A stretch of 64,000 bases of DNA, from positions 12,906 through 76,905 of the forward strand of contig JAYFPL010000077.1 of the NCBI GenBank assembly GCA_034927775.1, written 5' to 3'. Below are positions 38,138-47,416 of this stretch, piece after piece. The stretch comes from Anaerovorax sp. (GTDB lineage: Bacteria; Bacillota; Clostridia; Peptostreptococcales; Anaerovoracaceae). A model generated the notes under the pieces. It saw only the letters and a list, made by a program, of their open reading frames with translations. It did no database searches and had not been told where the DNA came from. Within the stretch, counting starts at the first letter, position 1, and every line of letters begins with the position of its first letter. Made by a program: the position numbers and the translations under genes.

Positions 38138-39787
38138 TTATAATGCCTGCATTCCTTTTAATGCCTGAATCAATGCAAGAATGACACCTACGACACCTTC
38201 TCCTCCTAAAAGACCAGAAGCAATGATCATACCGTTTCCGGATTTTTCAAATTTTGGTGCGGCTTTTTCAACAACAAATCTTAGTGCACCTCCTACCATT
38301 GCGGTGAAGGAAAGATAAAACGGCAAATAGATTCCAAGACCCAAGGTCATAACCGGAAAACGTAAAATATATAAAATCGTTCCCATAAATAGTCCTACAA
38401 CAAATGAAGTCATATGAGGAATTCCTCCAACCATAGCTGCTACGACACCAGCTTGTGGTGCAGGAAATAAATCCGGATTACCAAATGCTTCGGCTCCATA
38501 TGCCTTTACGATAACAAATAATACACCAACGGATACAAATGCACCAATGATTCCGCCGATCACCTCTCCAAGCCACTGTGCTTTTGGATTACTCTTAAGA
38601 ATATGTCCGGCTTTAAAATCATTCATGACATCTCCAACTAAACCGCAAGCTACTGCTACTATTGCAGCTACAAAAAATGCTTGTACATTTCCAAGATTTG
38701 CAGCAAATTTCGCAGCAAGAAGTACAATAATTCCGAATATTTCCATAGGATTAATCCCTGATTGACCGACAACTTGCGCAGACATGGATGTAGCAAGCCA
38801 AACACCTAAAATAGTAATCACGCTGGCAATCATCCCCAAATCCAAAACAAACGTAAATATAAATGCAAGAATAACCATAAGAATCGGTGCCCAGCGAAGA
38901 TTTACAATCGCATCCCCACGAGAACCCTTTAAAAACATCGGTCCAAAAATTTCTTTTGCCTTGGGCAGAATTCCTTTTACTATAATTCCAATACCCGTTC
39001 CTACCATAACTCCAATTCCCAAAGAAGATTTGATAGACATTGCAGTATCAAAATCAACAATACCCAGGCTTGGCATCCCAATGACAACTCCAAAGTCACC
39101 AATAATAGCACCCAAGAACCATACGCCAACTGCAAGCGGTCCAACAAGATAACCAACTGCAATTAACATTGGGGATAAATAAATATAAAAAGCTACGCCT
39201 TTTGCAGCGATGGCTTCATTTAAAACAATAATTTGTGGAATTTTTGCAAACCAATCTCGAATCAACGTGAATAAAGAGGCGAGTCCCAAAGAAGAAAATA
39301 AAATAATGGATTTTTTACCACCCTCATCTCCAATCACTAAAGTTTCTGCAGCTGCAATCCCCATAGGATACGGTAAATCCTGTGTGACTACAAAATATTT
39401 ACGAATCAGCGCGGTAAAAATTAGCCCCAGCAAAACGCCGCCTAATGTGACGACCGTTAACGCGATTAGATCCACCTCTGCTTTGGGTTCAAGCATCCAA
39501 ATTCCGGGGATGGTAAACGCAATTCCACCTGCTACCATTGCACCTGCTGACATAACGGTATGCGTGACATTTATCTCATGGATATTTGTCCGTCCTAATG
39601 CTTTTAGGGCAAACATAGATACAAGGGCTACAAAAATGATTGGCCAAGGAAGTGCGCCTAGCTTCAAAGCAACATACATAGAGCTCATTGTCAAAACTAC
39701 CGATCCGGTGGAACCGATTATCATTCCTCGAAGGGTAAATTGCTCTTTGAATGAAGCCTGCCTTACGCCTTTTGGTGTGTTAGACAT
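38138..39787 (-). CDS. OPT family oligopeptide transporter
   Basis: 549-aa polytopic protein. N-terminal FTLRGMIIGSTGSVVLTMSSMYVALKLG is typical of the OPT superfamily. Confidence 0.8.
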   Translation of the reverse strand: MSNTPKGVRQASFKEQFTLRGMIIGSTGSVVLTMSSMYVALKLGALPWPIIFVALVSMFALKALGRTNIHEINVTHTVMSAGAMVAGGIAFTIPGIWMLEPKAEVDLIALTVVTLGGVLLGLIFTALIRKYFVVTQDLPYPMGIAAAETLVIGDEGGKKSIILFSSLGLASLFTLIRDWFAKIPQIIVLNEAIAAKGVAFYIYLSPMLIAVGYLVGPLAVGVWFLGAIIGDFGVVIGMPSLGIVDFDTAMSIKSSLGIGVMVGTGIGIIVKGILPKAKEIFGPMFLKGSRGDAIVNLRWAPILMVILAFIFTFVLDLGMIASVITILGVWLATSMSAQVVGQSGINPMEIFGIIVLLAAKFAANLGNVQAFFVAAIVAVACGLVGDVMNDFKAGHILKSNPKAQWLGEVIGGIIGAFVSVGVLFVIVKAYGAEAFGNPDLFPAPQAGVVAAMVGGIPHMTSFVVGLFMGTILYILRFPVMTLGLGIYLPFYLSFTAMVGGALRFVVEKAAPKFEKSGNGMIIASGLLGGEGVVGVILALIQALKGMQAL

Positions 39788-39895
39788 TTTTCTTTCTCCA
39801 TTTCTTTTTATTAAATTTTAAGATTAGTGTAGGTAATACACATCTTAAAAAATGATAGTATAAAAAAAAGGGTTTCGCAACCCTTTTCCTTTAAA

Positions 39896-40816
39896 TTATT
39901 CCCAGAGAACTTGAGGATATACTCCCTTATCCTTTAATAACTGCAATGCCAAAACTACATTTTGCTTGTCCTCTTTATATGTTACACCCTGCCATTTATC
40001 AGATGATTTTAATACCTTAACTGTCGCTTTTCCCTCTTCAATAAGTTCATCCACAACAAAAGGCAAAAAATATTCCCCCTTCAATGGATTATCGTTTAAT
40101 GATGTTTCTAAAAAAGCTGGAAAACGATTTTCTAGTTCTTTCATCATGCTTAGAGTGAAGCCCCATAGATTCATAGACACCAAAGTTCCCTCTGCAATAT
40201 CAACCCAATCTTGATCGTCTTCCATATATTGAATAACTCCGTTGTTTCTTTGGATCTTTGTACGCTCTGTAATATCTTGTAAATATCCCTGGGTATCCGC
40301 TTGGCAAATACCTCTTGCCACATGACCGTTTTCTGTTAATGTATTTTCCACCAAATAGCCTACCATACAGTAACGATATTTATCATCATCTTGAGCATTT
40401 TTCAGAAAATCATACATATTCTGAAATGCTTGTGCTCCATAATAATCATCGGCATTGATTACCGCAAACGGGGCATCTACTTTTTTCCTTGCTGCAAGCA
40501 CTGCATGACCGGTACCCCACGGTTTTACACGATTCTGCGGAACATTATATCCTTGTGGAAGATCTATTAATTCCTGAAATGCAAAAGCAACGTCTAATTT
40601 TTTACCTGCTTTTGGTTCAATCATAGCACGAAACTCTTCTTCCATTTCTTTTTTAATTATAAAAACAACCTTACGAAAACCAGCTTTCCAAGCATCGTAA
40701 AGAGAAAAATCTATAATCAGCTCTCCATTTGAGCCAACCGGATCCATTTGCTTTAGTCCACCATAACGACTTCCCATCCCGGCAGCCATTACGACTAAAA
40801 TTGGTTCTTTCATCAC
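39896..40816 (-). CDS. Sugar-phosphate nucleotidyltransferase family protein
   Basis: N-terminal LVVMAAGMGSRYGGLKQ (GxGxR nucleotide-binding loop). Confidence 0.65.
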   Translation of the reverse strand: MMKEPILVVMAAGMGSRYGGLKQMDPVGSNGELIIDFSLYDAWKAGFRKVVFIIKKEMEEEFRAMIEPKAGKKLDVAFAFQELIDLPQGYNVPQNRVKPWGTGHAVLAARKKVDAPFAVINADDYYGAQAFQNMYDFLKNAQDDDKYRYCMVGYLVENTLTENGHVARGICQADTQGYLQDITERTKIQRNNGVIQYMEDDQDWVDIAEGTLVSMNLWGFTLSMMKELENRFPAFLETSLNDNPLKGEYFLPFVVDELIEEGKATVKVLKSSDKWQGVTYKEDKQNVVLALQLLKDKGVYPQVLWE

Positions 40817-41011
40817 TAATCTCCATTTCTTAATTAATTTTTGTTTATAATCTGAATGCCGTTTTAAAATTTGCTATTAGCCTCTCCTATTTTAGCGTAG
40901 TCCATTCTTGCTTTCAAGGCGTTTCCTATTTTACATTCAAACTTTATGATGTTATGATAATAAACAGGATAAAAAACTGAAAAAATAATTCGCGTTGCAA
41001 AGGAGTCTAAA

Positions 41012-41845
41012 ATGACAGAACAAAAAAGCAAAGAAATAAGAAGCCGTGAAGATGTTCGAAGAAAAATCGATACCATCGATGATGCACTTATGGAGCTGCT
41101 TACAAAACGTATGTCCATTTCCTTGGAAATGGCAGAAGCAAAAAAACAAAAAGGTCTTCCTTTATTTGATGCTGCCCGGGAAAATGAAATTTTAGAAAAA
41201 ATTTCTAATTTTACTAAAGAATTTAGCCCCAAAAATGCGATGCAAATTCATTCGGCTACTGAAAAAGTATATGCGCAAATTATGACACAAAGTCGAAGAA
41301 TCCAATCCAATATATTATTACCCAATGTCATTTATTTAATTGGATATATGGGGAGTGGAAAAACGACTGTAGGAAAGGAATTAAGCCAAGTAACCGGATT
41401 TTCGTTTATTGATATGGATACAGAAATTCAGCTTTCCGAACACAATTCTATCCGAACTATTTTTAATGAAAAAGGCGAACCGTATTTTCGAGAAAAGGAA
41501 ACCGCTTTACTTGAAACGCTCTCACATAAAAAAGAGATCATTGTTTCCTGCGGCGGTGGTATTGTATTAAATGAAAAAAATAGAAAACTTTTAAAAGATT
41601 CCGGTGGCTGTGTATTTTTAGATGGATTTCCTAGGGATATGTTTGAGCGTATTAAGGAAGATCCAAATCGACCAAATGCTTACTTTGAAACAGAAAACGA
41701 AGAGCAGCGTTTGACTCAATTTAATCGTCGATACCAAAAGAGGAAAGACTTTTATTTAGAAGCAGCAAATCGTACCATTTTTATTGACAAAGAAACACCA
41801 GAGCAAATTGCGGAAGGTATTACTTTTTTATTATCAAATGAATAA
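41012..41845 (+). CDS. aroK: Bifunctional chorismate mutase (type II) / shikimate kinase fusion
   Basis: N-terminal IRSREDVRRKIDTIDDALMELLTKRMSISLEMAEAKK is a CM_2 helix. C-terminal IYLIGYMGSGKTTVGKELS...DMD...REKE...SCGGG carries AroK motifs. Confidence 0.8.
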   Translation: MTEQKSKEIRSREDVRRKIDTIDDALMELLTKRMSISLEMAEAKKQKGLPLFDAARENEILEKISNFTKEFSPKNAMQIHSATEKVYAQIMTQSRRIQSNILLPNVIYLIGYMGSGKTTVGKELSQVTGFSFIDMDTEIQLSEHNSIRTIFNEKGEPYFREKETALLETLSHKKEIIVSCGGGIVLNEKNRKLLKDSGGCVFLDGFPRDMFERIKEDPNRPNAYFETENEEQRLTQFNRRYQKRKDFYLEAANRTIFIDKETPEQIAEGITFLLSNE

Positions 41846-41850
41846 AAAAT

Positions 41851-41879
41851 GCAGACTTGAAATACAGTCTGCTTTTTTT
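41851..41879. terminator. Bidirectional terminator between convergent aroK fusion and plsC
   Basis: GCAGACT TGAAATAC AGTCTGC flanked by A-run and T-run. Confidence 0.7.
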
Positions 41880-41893
41880 ATCATTATTTATCG

Positions 41894-42625
41894 TTATCGT
41901 TGTAATTCTACCAACTTATCTCTTATTATTTTCTCTACTCGTTCTGCAAGTTCAGATGCTTCTTTTTTATCCATGTCTTTCGTTTCTATCATAGGATGAA
42001 TGTATACGTTAACCTCCGCAGGAGTTGCATAACCCTTTTCTTCAAATAACTTATACGTACCACTAATTGTAATCGGCACAACCGGAACGCCTGGCTTTGT
42101 AGCAAGACGCAAACTCCCTCTTTTGAATTCTCCCATATTTGGTCCTTTACTTCTTGTTCCTTCCGGGAAAATACCCATAGAAAAACCTTGTCCCAGATAT
42201 TCAATGCCTTTTTCAATCGCACGTAAGGATGCCCTTGGATCCTCACGTTTGATAAATACACTTCTTACATCATAAATCCATTCACCAAAAGCCGGAAGTT
42301 TTCTGAGGTTTTCTTTTGCAATAAAACCAAATTGCTTAAAATCTATTACAGAGGTAAGCACAGCAATATCAGCATAGCTCTGATGATTGGCAACAAAAAC
42401 AACCGCTCCTTCAGGTATATTTTCTTGTCCTTCTGCACGTACAGTTACACCTACCTTACGAATCAAATTTTTACCCCAAGTAGATTCGCCGATAGATATT
42501 TCTTTGCGTTCAGCTTCGAAGTTACCTTGCGCTCTATATTTATGGATGTTCACTTTATTATGATGTATATGAATTAAATCCCAATACATCCACATGCCCA
42601 TCAATACATTCTTTAAAAGCTTCAT
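41894..42625 (-). CDS. plsC: 1-acyl-sn-glycerol-3-phosphate acyltransferase
   Basis: ANHQSYADI (HX4D) and GIFPEGTRS motifs. Confidence 0.85.
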   Translation of the reverse strand: MKLLKNVLMGMWMYWDLIHIHHNKVNIHKYRAQGNFEAERKEISIGESTWGKNLIRKVGVTVRAEGQENIPEGAVVFVANHQSYADIAVLTSVIDFKQFGFIAKENLRKLPAFGEWIYDVRSVFIKREDPRASLRAIEKGIEYLGQGFSMGIFPEGTRSKGPNMGEFKRGSLRLATKPGVPVVPITISGTYKLFEEKGYATPAEVNVYIHPMIETKDMDKKEASELAERVEKIIRDKLVELQR

Positions 42626-42759
42626 TCATGTTCTCCTTTTTCTGTAAGATGTTAATTTGATTACAATTGCATAACGGTTCTGCTATTTAGTTGCAAAACT
42701 ACTTCTCTAGTAATAAAATTGAGGCAAATACATTGAAAATTTACGAAGGACATTGACTC

Positions 42760-43404
42760 ATGAAACATTCAAATCGCCTCGTGGTAAGCCTATGTTTACT
42801 CGGCTTTTCCGTGATTGCTTATTTTGTAACTTTAGATGCTTCTCTAGCATTTGATGCCTTTTTTCAAAAGGCAATATTTTCTATGCGAAACGAAACTTTA
42901 ACTGTTTTCTTTTCTGCGTTAACTCATACCGGTGATTGGCAAGCAGTTTTGACCATATGCATCGTTCTTTTAGCATTGCCAAAAACAAGAGTTCACTTTG
43001 GTATACCTCTATCATTTGCAGCCGGCACTTCATTGATATTTTATTCCATCATAAAATATATCTTTCAACGGCCACGACCTAACATTGCTCTGCATTTAAT
43101 TGAACAAGGCGGTTTTAGTTTTCCAAGTGGTCATACAATGACAAGCCTAATTTTTTATGGTACTCTTATCCTGTTATTAAGTCAATACTATGGATTTAAA
43201 AATATGGCAGTTCGTTTAACTCATGCTATTTGTGCCGCATACATTTTCTTAATTGGAATTTCAAGAATTTATTTAGGAGTTCACTATCCTACAGACGTAC
43301 TAGCAAGCTGGTTGTTAGGAATCCTTATCCTTACATTTTTTCACACCCATTTCATCTCACATTTTTCATTACCAAATGAAAAAGTAGATGAACAACTTTT
43401 TTAA
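42760..43404 (+). CDS. PAP2 family phosphatase (undecaprenyl-diphosphatase/PgpB-like)
   Basis: KYIFQRPRP, PSGHT and SRIYLGVHYPTD are the PAP2 tripartite motif. Confidence 0.85.
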   Translation: MKHSNRLVVSLCLLGFSVIAYFVTLDASLAFDAFFQKAIFSMRNETLTVFFSALTHTGDWQAVLTICIVLLALPKTRVHFGIPLSFAAGTSLIFYSIIKYIFQRPRPNIALHLIEQGGFSFPSGHTMTSLIFYGTLILLLSQYYGFKNMAVRLTHAICAAYIFLIGISRIYLGVHYPTDVLASWLLGILILTFFHTHFISHFSLPNEKVDEQLF

Positions 43405-43411
43405 TCTTCGT

Positions 43412-43978
43412 CTATCGTTTTTCTCTTTTTACCGCTTCGTTATCCGTCGTTCCACGATCAAAGAATGGACTTTTAGAAGATACGGATAGTGGAATGCCGT
43501 AGGCAACTCTAACATCGTTCGGAAAAAGTCCAATCTCCATAGCTATTTTTCCTGCAGTATAAATGACTCGATTATCAATGCGATGATTTGCGGCAACTGA
43601 AACAGCAGAGCCAATAGCGATACCCAAATCACCTGTATTAAAGCTGCAAATTCCATTATTTTTCATATTTTCGCCGCAATTTTTGTACCCACAATAACCA
43701 CAATGATCCAGTAAAATCGGATGAATCTTCGCACCCATAAGTAACAATGCATCACAAGCTTCTACATTGTACCCATCTCGTACCATGAAATCCATCTGCC
43801 ATTCTGCCCCATATTCTCTCATTGCTTTCGCTAAATTGTCTTTTTCTTCTCCATCTAAGATAAGAACTTCTAAGTTATCAATTCCACAACCTTTAGGTGC
43901 CGTTCTTGCAGCGGCAGCCATTAATTCTGCAACCTGCATCACAGCATTTTTTTCTACATCCTTCCCATTACAAATCAT
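43412..43978 (-). CDS. DUF2148 ferredoxin-domain protein
   Basis: AARTAPKGCGIDNL... and the Cys cluster CGYCGYKNCGE. Confidence 0.65.
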   Translation of the reverse strand: MICNGKDVEKNAVMQVAELMAAAARTAPKGCGIDNLEVLILDGEEKDNLAKAMREYGAEWQMDFMVRDGYNVEACDALLLMGAKIHPILLDHCGYCGYKNCGENMKNNGICSFNTGDLGIAIGSAVSVAANHRIDNRVIYTAGKIAMEIGLFPNDVRVAYGIPLSVSSKSPFFDRGTTDNEAVKREKR

Positions 43979-44246
43979 GATTTCCTCCTTTATTCTTCAA
44001 TCATTTAAAAATGGATTTTTTACTTTTACATTATCCTTTATTTTATCATAAGTGCAAACCGTTACTCCGGTTTGCTTCACAAGGATCAATAAATACATTT
44101 GGGACAAAATTGTTTGATATTATTTGATTTTGTTACATAAATTCGTATTTATTATATCAGAAAACTTGTTTCTATGCTTTCATTCATTTTGCAGTTTATG
44201 AATCAAATTGCTAGTTTTCAATCTTATTTTTAAATACACCCTTTTC

Positions 44247-44275
44247 GTATATTTATCCTAAAATGTATCATACTA
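44247..44275 (+). promoter_or_regulatory. Forespore-type (sigma-G/sigma-F-like) promoter candidate
   Basis: GTATA, 17 nt, CATACTA. This matches the B. subtilis sigma-G consensus GHATR-N17/18-CATnnTA. Confidence 0.35.
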
Positions 44276-44308
44276 TTAAAAGACTTCATAAGACAAAGGA
44301 GGTATTTT

Positions 44309-44455
44309 ATGGCTCATAATAAAAAACAAGATGAAAATTATTTAATTGAAAAAAGTGTAAATGACGTTAACAATGAATGTCCAGAGAAAGATGAAGATGG
44401 AAATTGCCTAACACCAGGTGTTTTTAGTGATTCCGATCCAATAGGCGGAGGCTGA
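44309..44455 (+). CDS. Unannotated 48-aa acidic hypothetical protein
   Basis: My translation: MAHNKKQDENYLIEKSVNDVNNECPEKDEDGNCLTPGVFSDSDPIGGG. Strong RBS AAAGGAGG 7 nt upstream. Its own terminator hairpin GGGAACAT/ATGTTCTC plus T-run lies at about 44495-44525. Confidence 0.45.
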   Translation: MAHNKKQDENYLIEKSVNDVNNECPEKDEDGNCLTPGVFSDSDPIGGG

Positions 44456-44604
44456 TTATAAGAATTTATAGTGATAAATGATTCAATACTACAGGGAACA
44501 TAAGAATGTTCTCTGTTTTTTGTTATTTCTTTCAGAACTAATAATGACCTTCTATGATGATTAAAGTTCACCATAGAAAGCCATATAATTTTAAATTCAT
44601 CTCT

Positions 44605-45255
44605 TTATTCCATAGGCTCACTAGGCTGTGAAATCTCTATCCCTAGTTCTTTTGCAACATCCTTTAAATAAATCGTCTCCGTTTTATCTTTATAGTGTAA
44701 TGTAATGGTTTCCTCTTTCATAAATGGTTTTAAATTTCCATCTTCATCAAGACAGTGTATACCATAAGAAAATTGATTTGGGTATTCCCCTCGGTCATCT
44801 AAAATACTTTCAAAACATTCTCTCACGACCATTTCTGGTCCCGTATAATCCTCATGATTACGCCTTATGTGCCACATAGTCAAAACCTTACCATCTGTCA
44901 ACTCAAAATCAAGCCTTATTACATCATCCTGACAGGAATATGTTATCTTCATATCCTCAGAATTTGCTTTCCAACCAACTCCAAAGAAATAGAAATAAGA
45001 TCCAACCAGTAATGCACACACAGTTAAAGTTATCATAACAGATTGCAAAATTTTTCTATTCAGCTTTTTAAAAGGATTAATTTTTTTCTTATCATACAAA
45101 GGTTCTTTCACCGAAACCTCTTCTTTCATTTGCTCTAACGTTTCACTACACTGAGAACAATTCTGTAAATGCTCTTCGATCTCAAGGTTACTTTCAGCAC
45201 TGGTTAAATGATCGATATAGCTTGGAAGCAAATCCCTAATAATTTCGCACTTCAT
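44605..45255 (-). CDS. Anti-sigma factor (zf-HC2 N-terminus, one TM, extracytoplasmic domain)
   Basis: CEIIRDLLPSYIDHL...HLQNCSQC is the zf-HC2 motif. 4-nt overlap with the sigma gene. Confidence 0.7.
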   Translation of the reverse strand: MKCEIIRDLLPSYIDHLTSAESNLEIEEHLQNCSQCSETLEQMKEEVSVKEPLYDKKKINPFKKLNRKILQSVMITLTVCALLVGSYFYFFGVGWKANSEDMKITYSCQDDVIRLDFELTDGKVLTMWHIRRNHEDYTGPEMVVRECFESILDDRGEYPNQFSYGIHCLDEDGNLKPFMKEETITLHYKDKTETIYLKDVAKELGIEISQPSEPME

Positions 45256-45740
45256 TTTCCTCTTCCTTTCATAATTTTTTGTTTTGATCGATAAAAGGTG
45301 ACTCTTGCCCAGTTTTCATTTTTGTTAAAGACCTCTCCAATTTCTTTAAAAGAAAAGGCTCCTGTAATACGCAATAGAACCACCTCTTTTGCAGTTTCCT
45401 CAAGAACATGCACTGCTTTAATTAATTCCATTTTTTCTTCTGTTCGGCAGAATTCATCCTCCGGACTTAATTGATTGGAAACAATATTATCGTCAAGAAC
45501 AGACGTCTGCTTGCGTTTCCTTTTATCAATTTCTTGATACCATACATGCTTTGCAATTTGACAAAGCCACGTAGATATTTTGCATGTTCCGTTATATCGA
45601 TTTGCTGATTTCATTGCACGATAAAAAGTTTCCTGTGTGAGCTCTTCTGCGGTGTTCACATCATTGCAAAGACTCAATAAAAACTTAAAAACAATCTCGG
45701 CATATTCTTGATAAATATCCTCTGTATCAAGCAACAGCAT
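45252..45740 (-). CDS. ECF-type RNA polymerase sigma-70 family factor
   Basis: Region 2 (AEELTQETFYRAMKSANRY) and region 4 (VLLRITGAFSFKEIGEVFNKNENWARVTFYRSKQKI). The likely start is the internal Met (MLLLDTED) behind a GGAGGTG RBS. Confidence 0.8.
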   Translation of the reverse strand: MLLLDTEDIYQEYAEIVFKFLLSLCNDVNTAEELTQETFYRAMKSANRYNGTCKISTWLCQIAKHVWYQEIDKRKRKQTSVLDDNIVSNQLSPEDEFCRTEEKMELIKAVHVLEETAKEVVLLRITGAFSFKEIGEVFNKNENWARVTFYRSKQKIMKGRGK

Positions 45741-45901
45741 CACCTCCTTCACAACATATATCCTAAAAAACTCATGTTCGTTACATAATAATTTTAAAAA
45801 AGGCATCTGTAAAAACAGATACCTTAAGAAATTTTATTTTCTATTTCAATAAACAATAATATTTCAAATAAAATGAAACACGTGTAGCCTTTTCTTAAAA
45901 G

Positions 45902-46516
45902 CTATGACAACTCTTTTTCAGAGAATTCTATCGTCACTGCATATACAAATTCATACCCTTGTTCTTGGTATACTTGTGGTTCATTAAAATAAGTAGCACC
46001 ATAAGAAGAAATCTCATCTTTTGATGTAAAAATTTGTATTGCTACGGGAATTTCTTTTTCACACTCTATTGTTTCCATTGAAAAATTTTCTGTTGATGCA
46101 AACAATGTTGAATTAGTCATTCCCTCTGTATTTATTTTTTGATTCGTGTGATGTTCCACACCAGAAATGGTATCACCATTTTGAATGGCTACATGAAATC
46201 CCTCACCAAGGTGATTAAATTCAATCGCAATCCTACCTGCTTTGTTTTCAATTACATGGTTTCCGCCAGTTTCATAAATCCATGTACCATTATCATCAAG
46301 CTTATAGCATTTGATTGAAATGCTCTTTATATTTTCACCAACCGTATAATCAAAAAACTCACTGAAATTATCATTTTTCAGTAATTTAACAATTCCATTC
46401 TCTTGTTCCGTGAGATCAGCCACTTTTAATTGCATTAAAACTTCTTGATTTTCACCACAAGCTGTCATGCACAGTATAAAAAGCAGTAATAAAACTATTG
46501 AGGTTATCTTTTTCAT
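45902..46516 (-). CDS. Hypothetical lipoprotein
   Basis: Signal peptide with lipobox MTAC. No recognisable domain. Confidence 0.5.
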   Translation of the reverse strand: MKKITSIVLLLLFILCMTACGENQEVLMQLKVADLTEQENGIVKLLKNDNFSEFFDYTVGENIKSISIKCYKLDDNGTWIYETGGNHVIENKAGRIAIEFNHLGEGFHVAIQNGDTISGVEHHTNQKINTEGMTNSTLFASTENFSMETIECEKEIPVAIQIFTSKDEISSYGATYFNEPQVYQEQGYEFVYAVTIEFSEKELS

Positions 46517-46608
46517 ATTTTCTTACCTTTCGAATACAAATAAACGATTCTTGCTATTACTATTATTTCTCCAATGTTCTGCTATTAATATTGTAATTAG
46601 CGATCCAT

Positions 46609-46929
46609 TTATTCTAAATCTTGAATGGTCATTTTCCCTAGTTCCTTTTTTTGTTTGTATTTCTCTCTACAAGCAAAATAAATAATCAAATATACTAATG
46701 TAGGAATATTTGATAAGATAAAGGTTGATGCCATCAAGCTGAAAACATCCCAATGACTCATACCATCATAAATTGCCAAAGAAACAATCATCAACAAAGA
46801 ATAAGCAAAAAATATAAGTGGCAATACCAAGCCAAACCATTTATTCTCTTTTTTTGAAAGAAAAATCTGTAGCCATATACCACCTACTATAATTAGTAAT
46901 ACAGCAATAATGCTAATACTAATACGCAT
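46609..46929 (-). CDS. Small 3-TM membrane protein, unknown function
   Basis: Abuts the DUF2089 gene with no gap. Confidence 0.5.
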   Translation of the reverse strand: MRISISIIAVLLIIVGGIWLQIFLSKKENKWFGLVLPLIFFAYSLLMIVSLAIYDGMSHWDVFSLMASTFILSNIPTLVYLIIYFACREKYKQKKELGKMTIQDLE

Positions 46930-47232
46930 TTACACATCCTCCTTTTTCATTTTCTTATATTCATTTATTAGAATTTTGGCTGCTTCAAAATCAACTTTAT
47001 CATTGACTGCAAGTCGCTTTATTAAAGCAATATATGGTTCATTTGCAGAATCCTCGCTGATTTGAATTTTTTGTATCAGTTTATCCAGCCTAAGTCGAAC
47101 CGTAGGATATGTTACACCATATTGATTCGCAATTTCTTTTAATGAACCGGATGCCAAAATAAATTTTTTTATAAACGAAACATCTTCATTATCAAGATTT
47201 ATCATCCATTCAGGAACAATTTCTATTGCCAT
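46930..47232 (-). CDS. DUF2089 domain protein (HTH-containing)
   Basis: VSFIKKFILASGSLKEIANQYGVTYPTVRLRLDKLIQKI is the DUF2089 pattern. ATG 47232 behind GGAGG. Confidence 0.6.
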   Translation of the reverse strand: MAIEIVPEWMINLDNEDVSFIKKFILASGSLKEIANQYGVTYPTVRLRLDKLIQKIQISEDSANEPYIALIKRLAVNDKVDFEAAKILINEYKKMKKEDV

Positions 47233-47346
47233 AAGAACCTCCACTTTAATAATATTAAGGTTATACTATAATATTATTAAAGTCAATACTGATTATTTAT
47301 TTTATAAAATTTGTAATAACTAAAAATATGTAATTCTAATTAAGAT

Positions 47347-47393
47347 AATAAATGAGCTGATATCATTTAAATTATGACATCAGCTCATTTATT
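47347..47393. terminator. Long bidirectional hairpin terminator
   Basis: AATAAATGAGCTGAT..ATCAGCTCATTTATT. Confidence 0.6.
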
Positions 47394-47416
47394 AGAATTT
47401 AAGTATTACCTTTTTA

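Noticed and set aside
39210-39821. 203-aa plus-strand ORF inside the OPT transporter gene
   Set aside because: It is antisense to a well-supported polytopic transporter gene, with no RBS. This is a typical shadow ORF.
40864-41232. 122-aa minus-strand ORF overlapping the start of the chorismate mutase/shikimate kinase gene
   Set aside because: It is antisense to a gene with clear domain motifs, and has no RBS or recognisable motif.
44053-44074. Perfect 8-bp inverted repeat GCAAACCG-N6-CGGTTTGC upstream of the DUF2148 gene, with an adjacent TTGTGAA half-site
   Set aside because: No U-run on either strand, so it is not a terminator. Only one Rex-like half-site is present, so it is not a Rex box. 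An isolated hairpin is insufficient evidence for any function.
44309-44455. The idea that the 48-aa peptide ending in GGG is a double-glycine RiPP/bacteriocin precursor
   Set aside because: The Gly run is at the extreme C-terminus, so no core peptide follows it. There is no C39 peptidase/ABC exporter, modification enzyme or immunity gene nearby.
44338-44574. 78-aa minus-strand track ORF in the 44.3-44.6 kb gap
   Set aside because: It has no RBS and runs antisense through the better-supported plus-strand 48-aa gene, which has a strong RBS, promoter and terminator.
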